Shown in pieces: positions 1 to 13,703 of a stretch of 64,000 nt of DNA. The translations under genes and the position numbers were made by a program. The notes under the pieces were generated by a model that had not been told where the DNA came from, did not search any database, and saw only the letters and a list, made by a program, of their open reading frames with translations. Position 1 is the stretch's first letter. Every line of letters starts with the position of its first letter. The stretch spans positions 66,714,001-66,778,000 of the forward strand of contig NC_087437.1 in NCBI RefSeq assembly GCF_036321535.1, read 5' to 3'. This DNA comes from Camelus dromedarius (Eukaryota).

Positions 1-999
1 TTAAATCGCTCTGAACCTTGGTTTCCTCACCCATAACAGGAGAGGATGAAAGTTACATTAAATTATCTTTCAAATTTCTTTCAGCTCCAACATTCTGTGA
101 TTTATAAAACTAATCAAAATAACCCTTTTCTGTTTTATACTACATAGGATTGTTCACAAGTACCTCAAGTAAATTTTAGACGGTCCAATGAGACAGGCAG
201 CCTCATCTTTAAAATAAAGATGATGAAACCTAAATAAAGTAATTAAATACAATTCCACCAGCTACCTTGCTCCAACTATCTCAGCAACATAATAAAGCTT
301 CAATGTTAATTTAACCACTTGATAACACAGTGTGTATATGGTAAAGTACTTAATAAAAGGGCCACCTCTTCACCAGTAAGTGATGAATGAAAAAATGATA
401 AAATTATCCTGAGTTTTCCATTAAAGTTAATTCAATATAAAGGGCTATTTATCCTTTATTCTGAAACACCCTTACCTGTGAATCCAACTAATTACTTTCA
501 TAAAATGATGAGACAACAGTTGCTACTATTTTTTTTATATATTCAAAAATTGGCAGAATAAACATTTTACAACTCTCTGTTATCTCTCCAACTTCCATTT
601 TAACAGCGGGGAGGAGGGCTACTGGTCATAAACCATCAAAATCTGGGATCAAATGAAATATGAAAAAGAACAATGGAATGAAGTCCTGCAGACGTGGGTT
701 CCTGGGTCACTAAGTACCTTGGTCCAATTCTTCTAATCTGTAAAATCAGGAAATTACACTAAGACTATATTCTCTAAATATCCCTAAAAGCACTGACTTT
801 CAATGAGTCTCACCCTTACTATCTAAAAACCGGCCTGTCATAAAACTACCAAATGGCAATGTTAGGATACAAACTTGGGAGTACAAATAATAGAACCCTT
901 AATCCCATTTAAAAATAAATCACACCACCCGGGGGTCCTTCGCCTTAGATGACTCAGGTTGCAGGTCACCTCCTTCGTAATCCCTCCCCACAGACCGTA

Positions 1000-1620
1000 G
1001 GCACTTTTACTCTTTGACAAACAGCTCGCGGAGGCGGTCCCATCCAGATTCCGGGGTATGGGGCTCTTGGACATAGGAAGGCAGCTTCTGGTCCTCCACA
1101 ACAGCCTTGGAATCGGCAGCCACGGCTTCAGCAGCAAAGACCCGAGGGAAAGGACCCAGCGCCCTGTAGATGAAGGTCTGTGGCGCCGGCGGCCGCGCCT
1201 CCATGGCCTCTCCCAACCTGCTGGCAGACACACACTTGGGCGCTCAGGGCCCCAAAGCCCCCTGGAGGCGCCGTGGGAGGAGAGAGGATAACTACAAGAA
1301 TGAGTGGCCGGTTTCCCGTACACTAGGCCGTAGTGTTCGAGGCCACACCGCTTAGGCACACTTGCCCTCAGTGCCGGTCGTCACTGTAGAAGCCCTTGGA
1401 CGCACGAGACAGGAAGTCCCGCCCCAACAAGGGTAAAGGCCAAGGGGCTGAACGAGGGCGGAGCCGGAGCCGAAAAAACTTCCGGTAGGGGACAGGATGA
1501 ACCTTAGCGGTGCCCGCCCGCCGGAAGTGAGTTGGCGGCGAGCAGCTAAGGTCACCGCCGTCTGGCCCCGCCTCCGGCCCCGTTTCCCTGGGCATCCTGT
1601 GTCAGGCCGACTGGGGTCAG
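1000..1620 (-). promoter_or_regulatory. TIMMDC1 CpG-island promoter with ETS/GABPA and GC-box motifs
   Basis: CpG-rich; CAGGAAGT 1410-1417, ACTTCCGG 1478-1485, CCGGAAGTG 1521-1529, GC box CCCGCCCC 1418-1425. Confidence 0.8.
1011..1204 (-). CDS. TIMMDC1: TIMMDC1 (C3orf1; complex I assembly factor, TIM17/22/23 family) coding exon 1; gene continues beyond window start
   Basis: ATG at 1204; translates [64 protein letters not shown], matching the TIMMDC1 N-terminus ([11 protein letters not shown]); ends at donor GA|GTAAAA at 1011; 194 nt; synteny with POGLUT1. Confidence 0.93.
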
Positions 1621-2208
1621 GCAGTTTCCACAGGCCAGAGGTAGTTCGTAGGCTGAAGTAGCTTAGCGTGTTTAAAACAACAGAAATCTCTTGTAGATTT
1701 AGAAACTGCAGTATTCAATACAAGCGGAGAACGGAAAGGAGAAGGCAACTTGCGCAAATGTAAGCCCAACCCACCTTGCCACAGCACGCGAAGCCTCCCG
1801 GACTGGGCGAAGTCCATTCTCGTGTCTAGAACGGACCGAGGCCATTGCAGATGCGTCTTGGTGCCACTTATCCCGAGATTTCCAGAACACTTTTGAAAAA
1901 TCAGTTCTGCGTCTCACAATAAGAGCTTTACTTCCCTCAGTCCATATGCATACAGTTTCTCAAAAGGCAGGACTTCTGGAAATTCTACCAGTTGTTTGAT
2001 AGTCCAGCAATAATTTCCCTTCACAACAGCCTCTACAAACATGCTTCAAGATAGTTTCTATCAAAATACACGCATTTAAAATATTCTCAGACTGGTTGGT
2101 GTAATTTCATTTAATGTTTGCTAGCAACCATAGTCACATTCTCTTTGCCAATGTCTACCCATCCTTTATTCCTTTCTAGGTGTAATTCAAAATTGTTACA
2201 TTCTGTAG

Positions 2209-2726
2209 TGAGGCAAGAAGCCCCATAAACAGACCGGCAGGATCCTCAGGCAGGGACACTACTCTCCTGCCAGCACCATCCAGTTACCTGGCCCAGAGGC
2301 TCTATCTCACTTTTTGCCTTTGAAACGGCTTACTTACCCCTAAAATTCTATTGGTTCCCTGAGTTCACTTCTGATTGGTTATTTCCTTCACTCTTGATTG
2401 GTTATTTCTCTTACTCCTGATTGGTCCATTTCCCTCACTCCTGATTGGTTATTTCTTTCCCTCCTGATTGGTCCATTTCTAGGCTTGTTCCTAATTAGTC
2501 AACTTTTGTTATACCTTATTTGCATATGATGTTGCAAAGTGTAAACTGGCAGCCTATAAAAGCCTGTGTAAATCTACAGACAGGGTTCCAGAGCTTGGAG
2601 TGTTAACTCTTCTGGGCCCACTGGGGTAGTAAACCTGAGTTTTCCAACTCTTCAAGTGCTGCTTGGTCTCTCCCCCAGATCCAGGTTGCTGTCACAACTG
2701 AGCTGTAACACGTTTTTTCTGCAACA
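2209..2726 (+). mobile_element. Solo ERV1-type LTR
   Basis: TG...CA termini, GTAG 4-bp TSD (2205-2208, 2727-2730), ATTGG array, TATAAAA at 2555, AGTAAA at 2628. Confidence 0.75.
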
Positions 2727-3041
2727 GTAGTAGGATACAGTAAATAGAGTTTTGGAATTTGATAGCTGGAATTCTGTACATAAGGCCCAGAGAAGTGACT
2801 GATAGAGTGACGAGCTGAGTAAGTCACGGTGCCAGGAAGATGGTGTCTGGGAGACAGGATTAGATGGCAGTTCCCATTACAGCAGTTACTACATTGCATC
2901 ACGATTTCCTATTTGCTTTGTGTCTCAGTAGCTTAACTTTGAGGTCAGAGACTATGTCTATTCATTTCTGTATCTCCATTACCTACAGTGGCTGGCACAT
3001 AGGTTGTTGAATGATCCTCTGACTCCCCTGGCTTACTTTAA

Positions 3042-3180
3042 TTTTTTTTTTTTTTTTGGCAGGGGGAGGGAGGTAATTAGGCTATTTATTTATTATTCAT
3101 TTTCAGACAGGTACTGGGGATTGAACCCGGGACCTTGTGCATACTAAGCATACCCTCTACCACTTGAGCTATACCCTCCC
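3042..3180 (-). mobile_element. tRNA-derived SINE (Vic-1-like, camelid)
   Basis: Reverse complement reads GGGAGGGTATAGCTCAAGTGGTAGAG...GGGTTCAATCCCCAGTACC (A and B boxes) followed by AATAAATAAA and a poly(A) tail. Confidence 0.85.
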
Positions 3181-6100
3181 TGCCACCTTCTTTTCCCACA
3201 ACGGAAATACTCTCCCCTCCTCTGTGGTCTGCTTCTTTGAAGGGGCTCAGAGAAACACTAAACCAAAAGATGTGTGATTCACTTGGACCACTCTGTTTCA
3301 CATACAGCTCACTCCTCCTTAGGATGTGCGTTTGCCACCAAAGTAAAGGCATCAGGGAAAAATTTCAGTGCAGTCACCACACTGTGCCTGGAACCACCAT
3401 TATTCTACCTTCAGACCTTTTGCTGAGTTCTGCTCATAGAACCCAATAGCTTCTTCCTTCGTCATGAATTTTCTCCCAGGTGTTAGAAGGTTCCCTTTCC
3501 CTGCTAGGTTCATCAGGTACTGCCCTTGCTACATCTATTACACTTTATTATACTATATATGTCATAAACTGTTACCACAGGTAGGTAGAATGAATTTTGA
3601 GAGCTCCAAGGACCACTTCATTTACCCATCTCTCAAAGTGTAACTCAGTTTTCACCTCCATGAAGTTTCCATCTGCACCAGATATAAATTTCTTCTTCCT
3701 CTAACCTTCAAATTCACATTGTCTTTATAAATAATTGTACTTCTGATTAAGGCCTCCTATCTCCTTAATCACCCTCTGCCTATGAAGCCTCTCTTATTGT
3801 TGTTTACTTTATCATCTCAAATAGAGAGCTCTTTCATGCTAGCGAGCCTGTTGTAAACGTTTTTTTTTCTCCTACTGTTTGTGTACAGTAGATGCTCAAG
3901 AAGTATTTGATAAATATTAAATGAGTAATTTGTACCCTTCTGCTCCAACCACATCTTACCTCTGGATGCTATAGGGTTATCTTAAGTGATGACATCTTTA
4001 TATGGATGAAAAGATGGGTTTTTAGATATCTGTCTATGTTCTTGTCCACAGCCAGTGCAAGGGTGAAGGGTAGGGAACTAGCCTCTTTGGAACTGACCCA
4101 AAGACACTCATGAAATTTTTTTCTCTTGGGAATCTTTGGCTGTGAGACAGAGCCCGGCAGTCTCTGAAACTGCTCACAGCAACATACTAGAGACAGTCCA
4201 AACTTTTATTGAGATTCCTGGAGCCGCCCTGCTTTCTACCCTTCCAGCTGCTACAAAATTTGTTTAGATTCTCTGAGCTGCCCTCACATTCTTCTAAAAA
4301 GTTCTTTTTGCTTAAACCAGCTAGAGGTGGTTTCTGTTCTTGGCACCTAGGAGAACCTGACATCAAGGTGGCACATTGCCAACATCACACAGATTATACT
4401 CCCCAGATAAAGAACGGAAAAGCATTACTTGTGTTACCCAAGTATCCCACTTCACTAAATAAACTCAGTTATTCTCTTTCCTCAAAGAAAAGTGTCGCTT
4501 TTAGCTGAAGAAGAAAGGGTAAGTTTGGGACCCAGCTAGTGTAACAACAAACAACCACCACCTTCAAGTTATGGAGATAAAAATTATTTTCAATACCATA
4601 CATTTTACATATCATTACACACCATCTTCAGCATCTACACTGAGGTAAACAGATAAGTGTAAAATCTGAATAACATTTGCTATATTTAAATACAAAAAGA
4701 TGCCCTTATTGATTCTTCAGAGGGCAGGTAAGAATTTGCATTGATCCAGTTCTTACAGTCTTGTCCAGTCCCCCTTGGAGCCAATGGCTGAGCAATCTAT
4801 AAATAGGATCTAGTTAAGCCTACTGTCTCCATTCATCCATCCACACATCCATCCATCCACCTATCCTTCCAACATCCTTCTGTGCATCCTTCTGTGTGAG
4901 GCACTGTGCTGGGCAATGGAGATATCAGGATGAGTAAAACATGATTCTCACTCATCAAGAAGCTCACAGAATAGCAGGAGAAACAGTCAAATACAGTGCA
5001 ATGTGATGACATATAATAGAGGAAATATAATGAGCAAAGTGTTATGATAGCCTCTAACTGCCAAGAGGAATGAAAACAAGGATTCTGAGAGAAGATGATG
5101 CTTGAGCTGGAACCTGAAGCAAAGTGGGAAACACTCCCAGGTAAACGCAGCTTCGGCTCCTAATCCAAAGGACAGAAAATTTTGCTCCTAGTTTAGTGAG
5201 AAGAAAATTAAAATAGAGTGGTAATCTCTCCGATGGCCTCCTATTGATAAGGCAAAACCACAGTACAACTCAGAAATCCAGACTGCTTATCGCCAGACTT
5301 ATAGCACCAAAGGACATGGTCCCCATGGGTTTTTAATACTCAAATAAAAAATCCAACTTTAAACATCTGCCTTATTCCATGCAATGATCTTACCAGAAAG
5401 TCCTCTAAGAAGGTCCATAGGCTTAGAATTTTGTGAAAGGGAGTTTAAAAGGCCAAATACATATTTCACAAATGGAAGAAAGTCCCTGATTTTATATAAC
5501 TGAATCTTACATTTACTAATTTTAAAACCAGTTAACACCAAAGAGTTCTTAAGAGGCAAAGGAAAAGAGCTGATTTCTCTGCGTGAAGTTTGTGCCTAAG
5601 GGATAAGGGCTGTTCTAAGTCATCAGACTATGTGGGTTTTAATCTAAATTGTTTTCTTCATTTTTTTACTACATTAGGGAGAACATCCTGAGAGATTAAA
5701 CTACTATCCACGTGGCTTTTTCAAAAAGGGAAGAAAGGGAAAAGGAAGCACTCCAACACATGGATGTGCACTAAAACCAATAATTCCTATATAGATTAAG
5801 TGCTAAAGTTGAGTGCTCTAAACTCCTAACTTAACAGCATTTCACATATGAAGACTCCTTGAGACACCTGCAAGAGTGGATGGCTGCCAATTCATGGAGG
5901 AAAAATATTAAGGGTGTGTGAAGAATGAGGAAGAGTTGCTGTTTTATGCACAGTTCCTTTAAAGAGTAAGGACTACTTCCTAAATTCATTAAGAGGTTTT
6001 TATCTCTTTTTTGGAAACAGACTATAAAGAAGGGTGTGAAGGCACAAAAAGGGAACTTGAAATCCAATTGCAATAATTAATCATAAAATTGGCCCCTTTC

Positions 6101-6711
6101 TATGTGGCTTTATAGAAACCTCCTGAGTACTAAGGAGTTTATGCTTTACCAAAGAGAAATCCTATGTCACTGACGGCACAGCTACTGCTTCCTTAGACCT
6201 CTCAGGAAATAATCACCAAGTATTTTTCACAAACCCTACAGGGCTTTCTACATTAACATACAGCGACACAGATCAAGTGTAGCATAACTGCAGAATTGCG
6301 GTGATGAGTTGTACTAGTTCCAAATAATCGATTTTCTGCTCCAAACAACAGGACAAAGGGCATCATCCCATGAACACACTCAGTTTCACAGTGACGGACA
6401 TACACATGTGGATGATCTGAGGCACAAGCTGTGATTAGTCCCAAGAAACTGAAAGGCAGAATTGGGTTCAAAACCCATATCTCATGATTTCTTGTCCTTA
6501 TTCAGCCAAAGCATTGAGCCGCATCATATCTGTATTTAGATATATTTTGGATTTTTCTTGAAAGTTGCTCTTGGTTCGGCATGATAAGGAAAATCAGATA
6601 TTTGACTTGGTAATAGTATCCAAGGATAGGTACCACACTCAGAGTAAGCTTCTGACTGCAGGACATCTGAGAGCCGCTGCCACGGAGAGGACTACAGTCC
6701 AATGATGACTA

Positions 6712-6868
6712 CTAGAGTTCAGTTTTCAGAATTTTGGGGATAATCTGATCATAGCCTTTCCTTCTTGTAACGTTATAGGAGAGCAATTTAGAATATTCAG
6801 TCAACAGGTTCTCCCAGTAACAGGTGACATCATCCATCTGCAAGTGATTCATAATAAACTGGCTTCCC
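6712..6868 (-). CDS. POGLUT1: POGLUT1 exon 11 (last coding; ...[51 protein letters not shown])
   Basis: Acceptor TTCTAG|GGG at 6868; TAG at 6714-6712; ER-retrieval KTEL. Confidence 0.95.
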
Positions 6869-7317
6869 CTAGAAACAAGATTAATAAGATTTCAAGCATG
6901 GCATTTAATAATACTAGTAGCTTACGCTTGAGTGCTTACCTTGTGCCAAGCACTGCTCAGAGTTCTTTATGTAAATTAACTCTTTGATCCTCAAAACCAG
7001 CTCTACAGCCATCATAACCACACACAACCATTTGGCAAAGGACACTTTTTTTTTTCTTGAAAACAAATATGTAAACAGCCCATCCTCAGAAAAAGTACTT
7101 TAATTACTTCAAAGATTTCAGTCTAACTCTATAAAGAATGGGCGTGGGACATTTGTGAATGTGTGTTTTCGCCCAGGACAGCTTTAATTCTGATTATCTC
7201 TGTATAATGAGGATGAAATCCAGGTATCACCATGGTAACAACATTCATATGACTCAAGCTCAGACAAAACAGGGGTGATAAAATAAACTGGAAAAGGAAA
7301 AATGAATGGAACTTTAC

Positions 7318-7374
7318 CTTTCAGCAATTTCTTGAGCTACATCATCATTTGCTTTTACAAACTGCAACAGCTCC
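7318..7374 (-). CDS. POGLUT1: POGLUT1 exon 10 (ELLQFVKANDDVAQEIAER)
   Basis: TTTTAG| acceptor, |GTAAAG donor, 57 nt. Confidence 0.95.
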
Positions 7375-8028
7375 CTAAAACGGAAAGAATTATTAGGCTC
7401 TGAAATACAGGCCAAGCTCATTAGTACTAAGTTAGAGGGATCATAGATGGATGTCTGTAGTTAACCTCTAGATATGTGGATGGTGGATATTTCTTTCTAA
7501 AGGCAATCTGTTATAGTTATGCAACATATTTGAGAAAATAGAGAAATATTCAATGATACACATCAAAAATCAATAGTGGAGAAAAACATTTCCCTCATAT
7601 CTCCTGCTCTGGCCCCAGAAGAGGGCACTGGGCTCACATTTCTCGCCCTCTCCTCTTCCTAGCTCCTTCTTCAGGAGAGGAAATTTGCCTCAGGCTTCCC
7701 TGAGGTCAATCTTCATGCTCTATCTGAAATTCGCTTTGACCATATAACACAATCGAATATCCACCATCTTTGGACCTTGAGAGATTAGAGCTTTTTCACT
7801 GCATACTGTCTGAATGTTACATTTTGAATTGGCTTTAAAGCACTTTTAAAAATTAAATCCCACTCAGACTTACTGGATAACAATGCAATGTTATCTCTGA
7901 GAACTAAATGTAAAAAAAACCCCAAAGCTTTCAAAGGAAAAAGTCATTAGGAGTAAATGCCTTAAGTGGCTGGGGCCTTAGAGGCAGATTGAGGGAATCA
8001 GAAACTCTGCTTGGGGGAGAGCTGCTTA

Positions 8029-8241
<213 letters not shown>

Positions 8242-9256
8242 TCACAAATATGCCCTTTTTTCTTTTTATTCCTGCTTCCCCTTCTTTCTTTTTATAACGT
8301 CTCTCCTTTCTTTGCGTTTTCAGCTTTCAAGGACACATCAGCATGTCTCTAGAGTTTCCATGAACTCCTTGCTTTTAAGGGTTAGAGTTTGCTCCTAGGA
8401 ATGCCAGGGTGAGAAGGAAAAGAGGGCTACTTTCTCCAGGCAGAGACAGATCAGGCCAGCAGTTCAGAGCTGGATAGAGCAGACACCAGGCTCAGATGGA
8501 AACAATACCTCACCCTTTGCTACAAGTTTTTCTAGGCCTAAAGTCTCTCTAACTCATCATGGCCCCTCAAAGCCTTGTTTTTCCCATAAGGAACCCTGTC
8601 TGGTCAAAGCGTGCCCTGTTCCCTGTTCCCTCTTCCAAAGTCTAGAGAAGACAACCAGGCATACCTATCAACCTTCAAAGAAATGCCCTGTGTAAAAAAG
8701 CTATCTTAGCAAAGAATATTTCCTTTTCAGCATTTCTCATGCATGTACCCTTGTCTCCAACCAGAGTGGCTTCTACCCTGTGGTTCCCATTGTGCAGTGT
8801 AATCAGCACTCATCTCTCTGAATCCTCCCACTGCCCTCCTCCTGACCTGGTTTTACCTGTTCATCAAATTCTTAGTCCTGGCATTTAAATATAATATTTT
8901 AGTTACATATGCTTTATTCATGTTGTACCTTACACTGTTTTTTATTAACCTAATAAATACTCGTTCTAACTTCAGCTCTTGGCTGGGTGGGGTGTGGAGA
9001 CAGGGAACCCCATCCCTTTGACAACAAGCATGCACACTCCATGGAAGCAGGGGCTGTGTTTCACTGTCTCTGCAGTTCCCACACAACTCAGGCCAGAACC
9101 CTGTGCACAGCAGGCTCTCAGTAAACAACAGCTAAATGAATTAATGTGACTTTCCTAAACCCCAGCTGGGCCCAAGTATTAAAGTTCTCACCCAAAGTGA
9201 AGCTATTCCAAAAGCAACAGGGAAACCAGGAGAGTCAGGAGTCCTGGAAATCTTAC

Positions 9257-9315
9257 TTGTATTTGCAGTGATCCACAAGATGGACATCCTTAGCAGCTGG
9301 CTTTCCCAGGGTATC
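9257..9315 (-). CDS. POGLUT1: POGLUT1 exon 8 (DTLGKPAAKDVHLVDHCKYK)
   Basis: AAG| acceptor, |GTAAGA donor, 59 nt. Confidence 0.94.
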
Positions 9316-10487
9316 CTTTCAGTGACAAGGAAGTTATCAGTACCAGCAGTAGGAATATTTATTGAAGACCACTGTGCAGCAAGCATTGCTAAACATTTCA
9401 TCAACGTGATCTCATTTACGTCTCATAATAAACAGACTGAGGAGGCATAATTATCCCATTATATATATATTATCCCATTATATATATAGATGAAGAAGCC
9501 AAAGATTTGAGAAGTCAGGAGACTTGTTCAGGGTCCCATGGCCGTAAATAGAAGAGCTTGGGTTCTAACCTGGCTCTGTCTGATTTTACAGTTTAAGCTC
9601 CCCCGGAGCCTGGTGGATCCTCCTCTGAACTCAGAGGTCACAGCCTTCAGCACATTTCCCTCCGTGGAAATTATACCACACAGGAGGTTATAAATGTGGC
9701 TGGAGGGCTTGCAGGTATAGCCCACACACAAATTTTGTTGAGCTTGCAAAGTATTTAAAAATAAATATTCAAACCACTGCCACCATTTATATAGGTGGTA
9801 GGATATTTCTTTCAAAAATCCAGATTTCCAACTTTTCTTGGGGGAAAAAAAAAGGAAGATTTGACAAACTGAGTTCCTATTCCATTGGCAGCAATGACTG
9901 GACCTTCGGCAGTCTCTCCTGCTGCACTACTGCAGACCTGGGGGCATCTGAGTTTGAGACCCCCATCCATATTCCAGTCACCTTAGCAGACAGTAAAACT
10001 TGACAAGGGGAACAAGTCTAGTTTGCTTTTGCTGCCTCCCATAGTAGATCCTGTGCTGAATGGTTACATTTTTCATCTTTCTATATTTTTTAATGAAGTT
10101 TCTTGTACCTCATTTGCTGTTTGAATAAAACTATCACATAATAAATATATGCATCTTTACTTAGTATTTCTTAGTTTCAGTTTTTCTGACAATAAGTTTA
10201 AACATTTTTCTCATATCACCCTCTTATGGTATATGGACATTTCAGATGAGGACACTGATGACTTCAAGTTCTTTGTATAAGGTAAGAAGTCACAAACTTA
10301 ACAGGAGAGAGATGGACTCCAAACCAAAGAAGCAAGTCACTGCTGGTTTCACCTTGGAATCATATGGGGAGTTTTAAGCAAATAAAGATGCCTGTACTCC
10401 ATCCCCAGAGATTCTGACTCATTTGATTCATTTTCATGCTCTCTGGTTAGGTTGTATAGTCAGAGTAGAGAACCACTGGTTTAAACC

Positions 10488-10822
10488 CAGGATTGGCAAA
10501 TTTTCAGCCTACAGGCCAAATCAGCCCACTCCTTGTTTTTGTGTGCCACCTGTAAATCAGGATTATTTCTACCTTGCAAGTGGCTGGAAAAAAAATCCAA
10601 AGAAGAATATTTTATGACATGGGAAAATTAAATGAAATTCAAATTTCAGTGTCATAAATAAAGTTTTATTGGAACACAGCCACGCTTACTCCTTCACATA
10701 TTGTCTATGGCTGCTTTCACGCTGCAACGGCAGAGCTGAGTAACTACAGCCCAGAGCTTAGGATCCGCAAAGCCTAAAATATTTACCATCTGGCCCTTTA
10801 CATAGAAAATTCGTGACCTCTG
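10488..10822. mobile_element. MER58-like hAT-Charlie DNA transposon
   Basis: CAGGATTGGCAAA...GGCCCTTTACATAGAAAATTCGTGACCTCTG termini; near-identical 8-bp flanks GTTTAAAC / GTTTAAGC. Confidence 0.75.
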
Positions 10823-10999
10823 GTTTAAGCCTTCATTGTATAAAATACTAGTCATAACATGGGCCAGAAAAGCAATGTGAGTTTGAAAAAGGATAATTTA
10901 CATATATGCTAATTTTAGCCCATGGACCCTTCTCTGTATTCAACCCACCACCGAGAGGAAACCTAATCTGAAATTCTACCCAAGTGGCAATGTTCTTTA

Positions 11000-11173
<174 letters not shown>

Positions 11174-12574
11174 CTATGGGTCCTACACCATAATACTGTT
11201 CCCAATCTCTGAAAGATAAGCAGTACTCGGACCCAATGCAATGACAGCAATGACTGTACACACAGACAGACAACTCACTGGTACTGTAACAGGAGAGGAG
11301 GGGATACTAGATCCTACTGCACCTAGGTGGTCCTGGGCTGTTCCCCACTTTACCCTTCAGGGATGGGGAATATTTGGCCCTTCCTTGCTTGCATCTAGTC
11401 TTTAAGATTATGTTGTTCTGGTCACTATGGCCATATCCCAGGAAATGATTTAGAAGGTTCATGCAGCCTCTAATCACTGGTACTCATAGCTGTGTGACTA
11501 GGTAATCGGCACTCGCCAAAATAGCTACATGACCTTTGTTGTATGTGCTCTGTAAAGTCCAGCAAAATATTTGAATTAAAAAGAAAACAAAAGGGCTCAA
11601 ACACCTGAAAACTATATGTAGAAAAAGTCCTAGTTATGGTCCCAGTAGCAAATGGTCTTGACATCTGAGGGGTCAGGGACCCTCTGAGAATCCGTTGAGA
11701 ATTGTGGACCCCCTCTATAGAAAAATGCACATATCCCCATAGAATTTCAAGGAAGTCCTAGAACCTTTAAGGCCACACATAGATTCCCAAGTTAAGAATC
11801 TGTGATCTGAAGATCTGAGAATCAAGAAGTTGGTAAGGAACCATAAGCAGTGGTTGTTGGGCTCATCTGCACCCTGAAGTCCACTGCCCAAGTGAAGAGA
11901 GGGTGTGACCTCTGACAAGGACGCACTGAGAAAACTGAAAAACTCTTCTCTCTTCAGCCTATTTGGTATTCATCTGTCCAACAGAAATTCCTTGTGCATC
12001 TACATGGCGGGAACTGTTCTCGGCACTGGGGAGAGGGAGCTGAACAACACAGACAGGGTCCTTCCACAGCCTTTTCCCTTTCCCTCTTTCTCTCTTTTTC
12101 CCTTGCTTCCCTCTTCCATTTTCACTGGTTTCAGTCTGTGCTTCCACCACTATTTGGCAGCCACACGGTCTGATGAAAAAGGCAGTGATGGTTCCTGCTC
12201 TGCTGTTAACTAGCAGTGACTATGGGCAAGATCATAAGCTACTCCTAGGAAACTGTAATCTCTAAGGTGAGGGAACCTCATGGTTCTGTTCAACATTATA
12301 CAGTCAAAGTCCATCACACTCATGGCACTTTGTAAATATCTGTTGAATGACTGGACAGATGAACTTTATTCCTTTGAATTTCAGTTCAACTAAGAGTGAT
12401 TTGGGGCAAATAATTTGAGTTCTTCTCTAGTCTAACATCCTGTGATTTTATGTTTATTTCTTAGTTATCTTAGCTTTCTCTTTGAACTAGAGTTCTTCAC
12501 GCCCTCAAAATTACTTATAGTTTACGTACTAGCTAGAAGGATATCGTTTGTAAAATGTCAGAAAATATAATCAC

Positions 12575-12634
12575 CTTGATCCTCGGAAGTATGCTGTGGA
12601 ATTTTTCTTTTTCCATGGCCACTGGGCTGCTGAC
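12575..12634 (-). CDS. POGLUT1: POGLUT1 exon 6 (SAAQWPWKKKNSTAYFRGSR)
   Basis: TTTTAG| acceptor, |GTGATT donor, 60 nt. Confidence 0.95.
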
Positions 12635-13703
12635 CTAAAAACAGACTTAATTAGTTTCTATGTTTCTTCCTTAACTATATAAGGAGGTGTTTGAACCATT
12701 AAGATTAGTTGAGACCTTCACATTTTTAAAAAAGTCTGATCTAGGCTACTCAAAAGAAAAAGCTCTAAATAACATTATGTTCCCTTTTGTTATTACTTCA
12801 TTTCTCTGGAGATGCTAGCTAGCTGTATCTACAAATCTACTGTTCAGTTAATAAAGTACCAATATTGAAAGACACGTTCCCACAACTAAATGATATGTTT
12901 AGCTCTATTTAATTCAATACAGTGAGGATTTCTTCCCCACTTTGAGTGCTATCGATAAAATTAATAGGCAAAGACAACTGCAGAAAATATCAGAAACTGA
13001 ATTAAAGGCAAGAAAACAGATCATTCCTGACTTCATGTTTTAGATGCATAAGATTAGTTTGATTTTGCAAAGCACCCTGGTATTCTCGAAACTTTACTAA
13101 GTGCTCCATAAATACAAAGTCCTTGAAACTCAAGTCTCAGTGCCCATCACCACGACCAGCTTTCCTTGCTGAAACTGCTGAAACTCACAGATGCATCATT
13201 CTCAACTCACTTCATAGGAAACTTGCACAGAAGTTTGTGCAGCATCTTCCTCTGAAAAAGGAGGGAGTTGGACTGAACTGGAGGTAATGAGGGACTGATG
13301 AGCATTTGTTCTAATGCAGAGACCCAGGACAGAAACTTTTCAGGTAGAGGTACTTTTCAGATACACTTAGTGGCACGGTACTCCTTTTCTTTCAGGTGAA
13401 ACCACTGCTCCATATTTTCCTGGCTTATCTTCTATTCCTTTCTTGCTGGATTATCTTTACCTGATTCTCTAGTCCAGCTATTTCTCACTCTGTCCCATAC
13501 TCCCTCCCACCAAAATATAAACACTATAGCACTGGAGTTTTTTTGTTTGTTTTATGGTTTTTTATTTGCTTTATTTTTAATGAAAAAATGATATATGTTT
13601 ATTATATAAAATTCGAATGGAAAAGCATAAAATAATAGTAAAAAAAATCATCTGGAATCCCCCCACCTATAGACAACCACTTTTAACAGTTTAACACTTC
13701 AAT

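Noticed and set aside
862..1359. 165-aa minus-strand ORF overlapping TIMMDC1 exon 1
   Set aside because: Different frame from TIMMDC1, runs through the splice donor into the intron, no recognisable domain; typical of a GC-rich CpG island
2345..2480. Regular 23-24-bp repeats (CRISPR-like at a glance)
   Set aside because: Tandem units with no unique spacers, inside a eukaryotic LTR U3; no cas genes
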